Shown here: one piece after another, positions 42,535-49,806 of the stretch
How positions within the stretch are numbered: the first letter of the stretch is position 1
Layout of the letters: each line of letters begins with the position of its first letter
NCBI GenBank assembly: GCA_035699305.1
Contig: DASSAT010000395.1
Span: 1 to 49,806 of the forward strand
Length of the DNA stretch: 49,806 nt
Direction of reading: 5' to 3'
Source: Fimbriiglobus sp.
Lineage (GTDB): Bacteria > Planctomycetota > Planctomycetia > Gemmatales > Gemmataceae
Notes under the pieces: generated by a model
Seen by the model: only the letters and a program-made list of their open reading frames with translations
Database searches by the model: none
What the model was told of the DNA's origin: nothing
Translations under genes and position numbers: made by a program

Positions 42535-44006
42535 TCACCGTCCACGCCACTGAGGACGGACCCTCCCTCGTTCATTGTCTGCCAGACGTGCCTCTCTTGT
42601 CGCAGGCGGTGGTGCGATCTGATCGCTGACCGCAGGGTGTCCTCGGGTACGCCGGCCTTCACCAAGAGGACAACACGGAGCATCAGTGACAACTTCTGGA
42701 TCGCCCAGTGCAGATCCGCCCCTTGGAGGATCTTGCGGTCTTGTCCCGTGGAGTAGTGCGTGTAATGGTTGCGGGTATCGACGACGCCTTTGATGAAGAC
42801 CTCCCTGTCGGTGCAGAACAGTCGCCACGTGTCGTCCCCCAATTCGGAGAGCAGGCCGAGTAGCTTGCGCCGCAAGGTGCGGCTGTTGGCGTGCCCCAGA
42901 CTGTTCCTGATCGACTCGATCAACTCGCCGGGTAGTCCGGCGGGTAGCGATGCGAGCATCCGGTCCCGGACATCCCTGTACGTGTCCTTGGGGACAATCG
43001 CAGCGTTCGGGCCTTCGCCCGACAAGACCTCGGCCGCATGTACCAGAGGCAGGAACCGAAGCTCGATGAACTCGGACGGCCTGCGTTCGCTGGACAGCAG
43101 AATGCTCCGGGCACCCTTCACCGCTTCGGTCGCACCCAGCCAGTTCTCAACGATCTGGCGGAACCCCGTCTCGATTTGCTGGTATCGGACCACGAAGTCC
43201 ATCGCCGTGTACGGTCCGACCTCGGCGGTGTGCCGTGGGTAGTAGAGCAAGGCTCCGGCACGGCTCGGGCCGTCCTTGTAGAGAGTCAGCCGCCGTGACA
43301 GCAGGCTCCCTCCGTAACAGACCGCAAGCAGGCCGACGATCTCGGACGCTTGGCTGACGAACCAGTTGATCGGCTTCGGCTCGGCCGGGGCGATCTCCAT
43401 GTACGTGTGGTGCTCAATCGTGGGGCTGGTCCCGAGCGGGTGTCCCGGTGGCCGGACGGCGTGGATCAGACGCAGGGCCGAGCTTGTCGCTGAGATCTCG
43501 ATGCTGATGTTCGTAGGCCGGGTGTAGTCGAGCCGGACCGTCTCGCCCTCGCCCCCCATCTCGGCCCGAAAGGGCGACTCGCCGAGCCAGTCTTCGAGGT
43601 ACGGGATCTCGACCCGGCACTTGGCGAACGTCTCGTCGGGCGACGACAGATGGACGCCTTCGAGCAGCCAACCACAGTGCAGTTCGGCCGAACGAATGGC
43701 CGTTGTCGTGCCCGGCCGAACGGCGAGCGTCCGCACGTCAGGCGTCCATTTCGTGTAAAACGAACGCAGCACCGTGACCGGTACGGCCTCCAGCGTTTCC
43801 CCGAGGATGACGGGGAACTCAGTCGATGTCGGGGTGGCACTGAACGGGGACTCGACGTGGGCTTCGTTGAGGCCCTCGTAAAGCGAAAGGGTCAAGTCCC
43901 CCTCCGTGTAGCGGAGATCGCCCGCAATCCGCTGGTTGGTGATGGGCAACCACCAGTGGCCTCGGATCGTGAAGTGCTCGCTCTGCGAATGCGCCTTCCT
44001 GCTCAT
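42531..44006 (-). CDS. ApeA-like HEPN-domain protein (predicted RNase) nested between hen1 and pnkp
   Basis: 491 aa after trimming to MSRKAHSQSEHF (ATG 44006 overlaps the hen1 TGA as ATGA). The N-terminus FTIRGHWWLPITNQRIAGDLRYTEGDLTLSLYEGL resembles ApeA_NTD1. The C-terminal VVDTRNHYTHY carries an Rx4H HEPN motif. Lower GC than its neighbours. Confidence 0.6.
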   Translation of the reverse strand: MSRKAHSQSEHFTIRGHWWLPITNQRIAGDLRYTEGDLTLSLYEGLNEAHVESPFSATPTSTEFPVILGETLEAVPVTVLRSFYTKWTPDVRTLAVRPGTTTAIRSAELHCGWLLEGVHLSSPDETFAKCRVEIPYLEDWLGESPFRAEMGGEGETVRLDYTRPTNISIEISATSSALRLIHAVRPPGHPLGTSPTIEHHTYMEIAPAEPKPINWFVSQASEIVGLLAVCYGGSLLSRRLTLYKDGPSRAGALLYYPRHTAEVGPYTAMDFVVRYQQIETGFRQIVENWLGATEAVKGARSILLSSERRPSEFIELRFLPLVHAAEVLSGEGPNAAIVPKDTYRDVRDRMLASLPAGLPGELIESIRNSLGHANSRTLRRKLLGLLSELGDDTWRLFCTDREVFIKGVVDTRNHYTHYSTGQDRKILQGADLHWAIQKLSLMLRVVLLVKAGVPEDTLRSAIRSHHRLRQERHVWQTMNEGGSVLSGVDGE

Positions 44007-45412
44007 CTGTCTTCTCTCGAAAAAACTCCCATTTGGGTCGGCGACCCGTGCTCGGGGTGCTCCGGCCCGACCGGCAGGAACCGCACCGTGTAACCGAACC
44101 GGGAAGCGATCCCGGTCGCCCAGTCCCGGAACTCCCGGCGGGTCCACTCGAACCGGTGGTCCGGGTGCCGGAGCCGGCCCGCCGGGAGGGTCTCCCACGT
44201 CACGTTGAACTCCCGGTTCGGGGTCGTCAGCACGACCGACCGGGGCCGGGCGAACTCGAACAGCACCCGCTCGAACGCCGACAGCCGGGGCGGGTCGAGG
44301 TGCTCGACGACCTCCACCACCGAGGCGGCGTCGAACCCCGCCAGCCGCTTGTCCCGGTACATGAGCGAGCCGTGGACGAGCTTCACCCGGTCGGCTTGGC
44401 GGTCGGGCAGGTGGTCGAGCTTCAGCCGGCGGGAGGCGACCTCCAGCGTGCGGACCGACACGTCCAGCCCGACGACTTCCCCGAACTGACGGTCCTTGAG
44501 GAGTTCCCGGACCAGCTTGCCCTCCCCGCACCCGAGGTCGAGCACCCGGTTGGCCCCGCTCGCCCGCAGCGCCGCCACCACCGCCCCGAGCCGCTGCTCG
44601 TTGAGGCTGAGCGGCTTCTCCAAGGTCGTCTCGGCCTGTTCTCGGGGCCGCTCCCCGTCCTCCTCGGCCTCGGCCGGCTCCTCCTCCTGCACGAGCCGGG
44701 CGAGGGCCATCCGGTACAGGCTCGGCTGGAACCGCAGGTAGCGGCGGGCGATCTCGTCCTTCTCTGGGTGGGTGGCCAGCCAGCCCTCGCCCTTCGCCAG
44801 CAGCTTCTCGATCTCGTCCTCGCCGACGAAGTAGTGCTTGCGGCCGTCGAAGACCGGGACCAGCACGTACAGGTGCGTCAGCAGATCGGCCAGCGTGCTC
44901 GACTTCCGCACGGCCACGGAGAAGTACGGGCTCTCACCCCACTCGGGGAACCGCTCGTCGAGCGGGTGGCGAACGGCCTCGACCTCGTACCCGAGGGGCT
45001 CGAACATGGCCCGTAGGACGGCCTCACCGCCCCGCACCGGGAGCACGTCGAGTCGGGCTTCGAGGGGGATCGGCGAGGCGACCAACTCGGGGCGGTCCTT
45101 ACACCGCCCTTGCATTGCCGAGCCGAGGACTTGGCTGATCGCCACGCTCAGGAAGGACGAGGCGGCGTAGGGCCGGTCATTGACGTACTGGGCGAGCAGG
45201 AAGCTCTGGTCGGGGTTCCGGCCCCGGACCATGCCCACGGCGTCCACGTCGAGCAGCAGGCAGGCCGAGCACCGGTCGTCCCCGGCCTCGGGGTAGTAGA
45301 CGTGGGCCTTGCCGAAGCTCAGGTCGAACGACTGGAACTTGTCCGGGTGCTTGTGGAGCAGGAAGCCCAGATCGGTCGCCGGCCGGTGGGTAGTCGTGAT
45401 CGTCAGCAGCAT
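44003..45412 (-). CDS. hen1: Bacterial Hen1 RNA 3'-terminal ribose 2'-O-methyltransferase
   Basis: 469 aa. MLLTITTTHRPATDLGFLLHKHPDKFQSF is the typical bacterial Hen1 N-terminus. The C-terminal SAM motif is VLDLGCGEGKLVREL. Confidence 0.85.
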   Translation of the reverse strand: MLLTITTTHRPATDLGFLLHKHPDKFQSFDLSFGKAHVYYPEAGDDRCSACLLLDVDAVGMVRGRNPDQSFLLAQYVNDRPYAASSFLSVAISQVLGSAMQGRCKDRPELVASPIPLEARLDVLPVRGGEAVLRAMFEPLGYEVEAVRHPLDERFPEWGESPYFSVAVRKSSTLADLLTHLYVLVPVFDGRKHYFVGEDEIEKLLAKGEGWLATHPEKDEIARRYLRFQPSLYRMALARLVQEEEPAEAEEDGERPREQAETTLEKPLSLNEQRLGAVVAALRASGANRVLDLGCGEGKLVRELLKDRQFGEVVGLDVSVRTLEVASRRLKLDHLPDRQADRVKLVHGSLMYRDKRLAGFDAASVVEVVEHLDPPRLSAFERVLFEFARPRSVVLTTPNREFNVTWETLPAGRLRHPDHRFEWTRREFRDWATGIASRFGYTVRFLPVGPEHPEHGSPTQMGVFSREDR

Positions 45413-45678
45413 CCTTCGAGCCTCGGAGCGGCACGGACCCGCTGCCGCCTACGCATTCCGTGACTGACACGGTTTAGGTCGCCCCGGTTCACCCTACCAT
45501 CTGACCTTCTCTCTCCGAGACAGTCCGACTCGTCTTCAGCATGAGCGGCAGGCCCACTCGGAGATTCCTGATCGCCGTAGGACACCTCGACTCGATACAA
45601 CCGGCCGGGAGAAGGCGGTCGCAGGCGGTTGTGACCCGGCACCCCTTACCGTCATCTAAAGGTGCCCAAGTGTCTCAT

Positions 45679-45731
45679 GTGGCCGATAGGAGTTCGAGAA
45701 CAGACACGTGGCCGATAAGGTGGCCGATAAG
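45679..45731 (+). repeat. Three direct 12-nt repeats GTGGCCGATA(A/G)G
   Basis: Copies at 45679-45690, 45708-45719 and 45720-45731. The last two are in perfect tandem. Confidence 0.85.
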
Positions 45732-45760
45732 GGTGAATTGAGTTGCCGTAAGTCCTTTAT

Positions 45761-45789
45761 TTGCAACACTTGCGACTTGGCTTGAGTAT
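45761..45789 (+). promoter_or_regulatory. Sigma70-like promoter candidate in the AT-rich core of the intergenic region
   Basis: TTGCAA (45761-45766), 17-nt spacer, GAGTAT (45784-45789). It points at the hairpin at 45810. Confidence 0.3.
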
Positions 45790-45809
45790 CCCCGGCGCCT
45801 CCACTATCT

Positions 45810-45847
45810 GACACGCCCTGCGGAAACGCAGGGCGTGTCTCTTTTTG
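45810..45847 (+). terminator. Strong intrinsic terminator with no upstream plus-strand CDS
   Basis: 13-bp perfect stem GACACGCCCTGCG / CGCAGGGCGTGTC with GAAA loop, followed by TCTTTTTGG. Confidence 0.65.
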
Positions 45848-45895
45848 GACTTACGTCGAAACACCAATCCCGCAAGGGCTTACGACCGGGCCTTC

Positions 45896-45941
45896 GTGTC
45901 AGATAACGTGTCAGATAAGCCCGCCCGTCGTGTCAGATAAG
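45896..45941 (+). repeat. Three direct repeats GTGTCAGATAA(C/G), plus one inverted copy at 45805-45814
   Basis: Copies at 45896-45906, 45908-45919 and 45930-45941. They share GTG..(A/C)GATAAG with the 45679-45731 repeats. Confidence 0.85.
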
Positions 45942-46076
45942 CCGGTCCAGACCACCCTCCTGGTCGGGACAACTGTCCCGACTTCCCCGCCCCCTGACAC
46001 CGGCTGTCCCCCGCTTGTCGGCCGGCCGTTCGTGGCCCGGCCGAAGCGTTCTACACTGCCGACCGGGGGATACCGT

Positions 46077-47819
46077 ATGAGCCGTAACCGTGACCTGAAG
46101 CCGGACGCCCAGGGCCGCTACCGCCCGTACCTCGGGTGGAAGGCGGACATCGCCATCGGCGACGACGGAACGCCCCGGTACTCGAACCAGCGGCAGCACC
46201 GCTTCAACCTCGGTACGGACAAGCGGGAGGCCGAGCGGCGGCTGGCCCGGCTACGGGAGTTGTGGGACGAGAACTGCCGGGCCAACGGCGAGGAGGTCTG
46301 GACGGCGCACGCCCTCTCCTACGCCGAGCGGATCGCCCGTGGCGAGTACCGGATCGAGGTTCCCCCGCTGACCGAGACCGACGGGTACGACGACCCGCCC
46401 GCCGGGTACGCTGAGGTCATCCAGTTCGAGCGGGACTTGTACCCGTCCCTCGACATCGTGCCCGCCGACCCAGTTCAGTACGAGGCGTCGAAGGCCATGA
46501 GCGAGCGGGTCGTGGCCGACGAAATGCGCCGCTTGGAAGCCGACCTGCGGGAGTGGGGTGCGCTCCCGTCCAAGCGGTCGTTGCCCGAGAAGTTGATCTC
46601 CGGGACGTTCCACGAAGCCCTGGACGCCTACGCCGAGGACATCCGCACGACGGCCAAGCGGCCCGGCACGGACGTGCTGACCCCTTACGGGCGGCTGCGC
46701 CTGGCCCACGCCACCCGGCTCAAGCGGCAGCACCCCGACGTGCCGCTCCACTCGCTCACCTACGACGCCTGCCAGAAGTTGATCGCCGTCTGGCGGAACC
46801 GGCCGAAGGGGGTGCGGACCGACCGGCCGACGAGCTACGACAACGCCCGTCACCACATCGGCGAACTGATGCGGTTCTTCCGGTGGCTGGACGCCACCGA
46901 CAAGTACCAGTGGTCGATGCCCCGAGGGCTGGAGCGGGTGAGCCGGAAGATTCCCAAGACCGCCGACGAGAAGCGGCTGAGTGCGATCACCGTCGAGACG
47001 TACTCCGTCGAGGAACTGGCGGTGCTGAACCGGCACGTCCTGCCGGTGGAGCGGTTCCTGCTGTACGTCGGGCTGAACTGTGCGATGGGTGCCGCCGAAC
47101 TCGGGCGGCTCCGGGTCGATGACGTGCTGCGGAACCACCGGCACGAGTACGCCGAACGGCTGCACTTTGAATCGACCGGGGCGGACAACTTCATCCGCTT
47201 CCTCCGGCCGAAGACCGGCGTCTTCGGGGAGTGGTGGCTGTGGCAGCCGACCGTCCAGATGCTCGATTGGGCGATCCGCCGGGCGGGCCGGATCGGGGCG
47301 AAGGTGCTGTGTGTCACCGAGGAGGGGCACCCCTGGTATAACGAGGGGTCCACCAACTCGCAGGCCACGTTCGCAAACGTGTGGGGGCGGCTGCTGGGGC
47401 GGGTGCGTAAGTCCCACCCGGACTTCCGCAGGTTGCCGTTCGGCAGCCTGCGGGACACCCTGCCTGACCTCATGCGGCACCGCTTCGACGACGAGTTGGC
47501 GAGCCTGTGCCTCGCCCACGGCTCCCCGTTCCGGCAGGACAACCTGCTCGAATGCTACGGGAACAAGCCGTTCGGCCGGTTGCACAAGGCGTTGAGAAAG
47601 ATGGAGGCGGTCATGGCCCCGGTGTTCGAGGCAGCCCCGGCCGACCCGACCGAGGAGCGGAAGACGTACCTGCCCATCGTCACCCTGGACCGCATCAAGG
47701 CGATGTTGGGGGAGGACAAACGGCCTGGCGAAATCGCCAAAGAGTGCGGCGTCTCGACCATGACCGTTTACCGGGTGCGGAAGGACATCAACGGCGGTGC
47801 CGGGTCAGGCTCGGACTGA
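46077..47819 (+). CDS. Integrase-like protein (tyrosine-recombinase-like layout) with C-terminal HTH
   Basis: Start trimmed to MSRNRDLK, with GGGGGA SD. The layout resembles a core-binding plus catalytic domain (RFLRPKTG..., SLRDT, LCLAHG, LLECYGN). I could not find the first catalytic Arg. The C-terminus GEIAKECGVSTMTVYRVRKD is an HTH. Confidence 0.45.
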   Translation: MSRNRDLKPDAQGRYRPYLGWKADIAIGDDGTPRYSNQRQHRFNLGTDKREAERRLARLRELWDENCRANGEEVWTAHALSYAERIARGEYRIEVPPLTETDGYDDPPAGYAEVIQFERDLYPSLDIVPADPVQYEASKAMSERVVADEMRRLEADLREWGALPSKRSLPEKLISGTFHEALDAYAEDIRTTAKRPGTDVLTPYGRLRLAHATRLKRQHPDVPLHSLTYDACQKLIAVWRNRPKGVRTDRPTSYDNARHHIGELMRFFRWLDATDKYQWSMPRGLERVSRKIPKTADEKRLSAITVETYSVEELAVLNRHVLPVERFLLYVGLNCAMGAAELGRLRVDDVLRNHRHEYAERLHFESTGADNFIRFLRPKTGVFGEWWLWQPTVQMLDWAIRRAGRIGAKVLCVTEEGHPWYNEGSTNSQATFANVWGRLLGRVRKSHPDFRRLPFGSLRDTLPDLMRHRFDDELASLCLAHGSPFRQDNLLECYGNKPFGRLHKALRKMEAVMAPVFEAAPADPTEERKTYLPIVTLDRIKAMLGEDKRPGEIAKECGVSTMTVYRVRKDINGGAGSGSD

Positions 47820-47830
47820 CACCGCCCGGA

Positions 47831-47856
47831 CGGTTCGGAGTCCGAACCGTTCTCTG
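47831..47856 (+). terminator. Hairpin after the integrase-like gene
   Basis: CGGTTCGG-AGT-CCGAACCG followed by TTCTCT. Confidence 0.4.
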
Positions 47857-47870
47857 TCGGCAGGAACCGC

Positions 47871-48113
47871 ATGGATGACCAGCATCAGATCACCATCACC
47901 GACGCCGAAGTCCTTGCCGTCAGCAGCGGGGAGGACGACGCCACAGGCCAGCCGGTCGTCGTCCTCACCCTGCGGCCGATCACCGGCTCGGGCTGGGGGC
48001 ACGTCAACTACTCGCTGCACCCCGACAACGCCCGCTCGCTGCTCGACCGACTGAGCCGGGTGCTGGCTTCCTCGTCGGCGACAATCGGAGACGCCGACGG
48101 GTGCCGACCGTGA
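47871..48113 (+). CDS. Hypothetical protein (80 aa)
   Basis: AGGAA SD upstream. Normal composition. Confidence 0.4.
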   Translation: MDDQHQITITDAEVLAVSSGEDDATGQPVVVLTLRPITGSGWGHVNYSLHPDNARSLLDRLSRVLASSSATIGDADGCRP

Positions 48114-48186
48114 CTCATCCTGCGGTCGGCCTCGATTCGTTTTGTCGGTAAACTCGTGGGAACAAAGACCGTTCGAGGCGACGCCG

Positions 48187-49740
48187 ATGGCTGGCAAGCT
48201 GCCGCTGAATCTGAACGACCTGCTGCGCCAGCGGACCGTCGAGGGCGACCGCATCGAGTACAAGGCGGGCTGGAACCCGGACGCCGTGGTGCGGACACTC
48301 TGCGCCTTCGCCAACGACTTCGAGAACCTGGGCGGCGGGTACGTCGTCATCGGCCAGGACTGCGTGGACGGCAAACCCGTCTTCCCGCCGGTCGGCCTGA
48401 AGGACAACCAACTCGACCCGATCCAGCGAGAACTCCTCGGCTACTGCAATCAGATTCAGCCGACCTACTTCCCGAACCTGAGCGTCGAGAAGTACGAGGG
48501 CAAGAACCTGCTCGTGCTGTGGGCACCGGGCGGGCTGAACCGCCCGTACAAGGCCCCCCGAGCCGTCACCGCCAAGACGAAGGAGTACCACTACTTCATC
48601 CGCCGGTTCTCTAGCACGGTCGAAGTGAAGTCGAACAGCGAGGACGAACAGGAGCTTCTGCGGCTGACGGCGACCGTGCCGTTCGACGACCGCCAATGCC
48701 GCACCGCTGACGTGGATGACCTGCGCCCTGGGCTGCTTCAGGCGTTCTTGAAAGAAGTCGGCAGCGAACTCCACAAGCGGGCGAGCAAGATGCCGCTGGT
48801 GGAGTTGGGTCGGCAGATGAACATCGTGGACGGGGCCGACGAGTTCGTGAAGCCCCGCAACGTCGGCGTGCTGTTCTTCCACGACGAGCCGAGGACGTTC
48901 ATTCCCGGTGCGCAGATCGACGTGGTGATCTTCCCGGACGGTCCCGGCGGCGACGTTCTCATCGAGAAGGAGTTCCACGGCCCGCTGCACGAGCAGGTGC
49001 GGGACGCCTTGCGGTACATCGAGAGCAGTGTGATCCGGGAGAAGGTCATCAAGCACAAGGACCGGGCCAAGGCGACCCGGCTGTTCAACTACCCCTTTCC
49101 GGCCGTCGAAGAAGCGGTGGTGAACGCCGTCTACCACCGCAGTTACGAGCAGCGGGAGCCGGTGGAAGTGCGGGTGAACCCGGACGGGATCGAGATCGTC
49201 AGTTACCCCGGCCCGGACGCCTCGATCCGCATCGAGGCGTTGAACGCCGACAAGATCGTGGCCCGGCGTTACCGCAACCGCCGCATCGGGGAGTTCCTGA
49301 AGGAACTGGAACTGACCGAGGGCCGCTGCACCGGCATCCCCAAGATGCGTGCGTCGATGAAGAAGAACGGTTCACGCCTGCCCCGGTTCTCGACGGACGA
49401 GGGGCGGACGTACTTCCTGGTGGAGTTGCCGGTTCACGCTCAGTTGCCAGGGGTGAAGGCACAAGACGAGGCCCAAGATCAGGCCCAAGATCAGGCCCAT
49501 GTTCTAAACGACACCGAGCGGCGGTTACTGGAAGCGTTGGAAAAGGGGCCACTGGCAACGGCACAGATTGCGGCAGCCCTGGGACATTCGAGCCGCAGCG
49601 GTGCGATCAAGCTCGCCCTCACCCATCTCGAATCCCTCGGCCTGATCGAACTGACGATCCCTGACAAGCCACGAAGTCGAAACCAGATGCGGCGGCTGAC
49701 TAGCAGTGGAAAGGCGTGGCTTGCCCAGCAATCGAACTGA
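48187..49740 (+). CDS. AlbA_2 (Schlafen-like) DNA-binding plus ATPase-like plus winged-helix protein (family often annotated as RecG-like transcriptional regulator)
   Basis: Start trimmed to MAGKLPLNLNDLLRQRTVEGDRIEYKAGWNPDAVVRTLCAFANDFENLGGGYVVIG. The middle has AVEEAVVNAVYHRSY. The C-terminus is wHTH-like (LLEALEKGPLATAQIAAALG). Confidence 0.75.
   Translation: MAGKLPLNLNDLLRQRTVEGDRIEYKAGWNPDAVVRTLCAFANDFENLGGGYVVIGQDCVDGKPVFPPVGLKDNQLDPIQRELLGYCNQIQPTYFPNLSVEKYEGKNLLVLWAPGGLNRPYKAPRAVTAKTKEYHYFIRRFSSTVEVKSNSEDEQELLRLTATVPFDDRQCRTADVDDLRPGLLQAFLKEVGSELHKRASKMPLVELGRQMNIVDGADEFVKPRNVGVLFFHDEPRTFIPGAQIDVVIFPDGPGGDVLIEKEFHGPLHEQVRDALRYIESSVIREKVIKHKDRAKATRLFNYPFPAVEEAVVNAVYHRSYEQREPVEVRVNPDGIEIVSYPGPDASIRIEALNADKIVARRYRNRRIGEFLKELELTEGRCTGIPKMRASMKKNGSRLPRFSTDEGRTYFLVELPVHAQLPGVKAQDEAQDQAQDQAHVLNDTERRLLEALEKGPLATAQIAAALGHSSRSGAIKLALTHLESLGLIELTIPDKPRSRNQMRRLTSSGKAWLAQQSN
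49470..49499 (+). repeat. In-frame 12-nt tandem repeat GGCCCAAGATCA x2.5
   Basis: Encodes the AQDQAQDQA linker in the AlbA_2-type protein. Confidence 0.8.
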
Positions 49741-49806
49741 CGGGAGCGACGTTCACCCCGCTCTCTGCACGACCACGAACCACGCCTTCGGCCCGCCCTC
49801 GCTGAA

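Noticed and set aside
45541-45741. 66-aa plus-strand ORF and 79-aa minus-strand ORF (45403-45642) in the large intergenic region
   Set aside because: Neither has an SD. The composition is Arg-rich and they overlap the repeat elements. There is no support for coding.
45440-45805. Possible tmRNA or tRNA gene ending at the CCCCGGCGCCTCCA fragment and followed by the strong terminator
   Set aside because: I found no complementary 5' acceptor strand (AGGCGCC/GGAGGCG) within 80 or about 400 nt upstream. There is also no T-stem pairing partner and no tag-like reading frame. I kept it only as a fragment observation in the findings.
45679-45941. Direct repeats as a possible CRISPR array
   Set aside because: The units are only 11-12 nt, partly in direct tandem without spacers, and belong to two families. 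This is not CRISPR-like.
45988-45999. CCTGACACCGGC upstream of the integrase-like gene as a further motif copy
   Set aside because: It lacks the CGGA part of the invariant core, and the match is short enough to be chance in a GC-rich sequence.

Overview
High-GC (roughly 65-70 %) bacterial chromosomal window. The gene content (WD40, GYF_2, ECF sigma plus Ser/Thr kinase, many GNATs) looks planctomycete-like, but that is inference only. All domain calls come from reading the translations; no searches were run. I found no rRNA, intact tRNA or CRISPR array by eye. Layout: (1) 1-10.6 kb, minus strand: a type 1 BREX locus, brxA-brxB-brxC-pglX-[phd/vapC]-pglZ, with a divergent XRE regulator. pglZ is cut by the window edge and is missing from the ORF track. 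(2) 11-19 kb: detoxification and repair-type genes, including a tightly packed minus-strand operon with a triple-GNAT fusion. (3) 19.2-34.6 kb: a mobile-element-like block. It holds ArdC, a RuvB-like ATPase, an HTH protein, a frameshifted tyrosine recombinase, about ten small unknown ORFs, SigZ-like sigma plus ArsI/CadI cargo, WD40/GYF/MORN proteins, and an ECF sigma plus kinase. This block carries at least 18 copies of a 14-nt motif, TGRCGGACACCGGC; 12 of them lie 36-51 nt upstream of a start codon. (4) 37-38.5 kb: a metal module (DUF326, CzcD). (5) 38.5-45.4 kb, minus strand: a five-gene operon. An ApeA-like HEPN protein sits between the RNA-repair genes hen1 and pnkp, with ATGA stop/start overlaps on both sides. 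An XF1762-like GNAT-fold protein and a PP-loop (PAPS-reductase-like) protein follow. This is my top candidate for an undescribed system. (6) 45.4-49.8 kb: a repeat-rich 660-bp intergenic region, an integrase-like gene, and an AlbA_2/Schlafen-type ATP-binding regulator.
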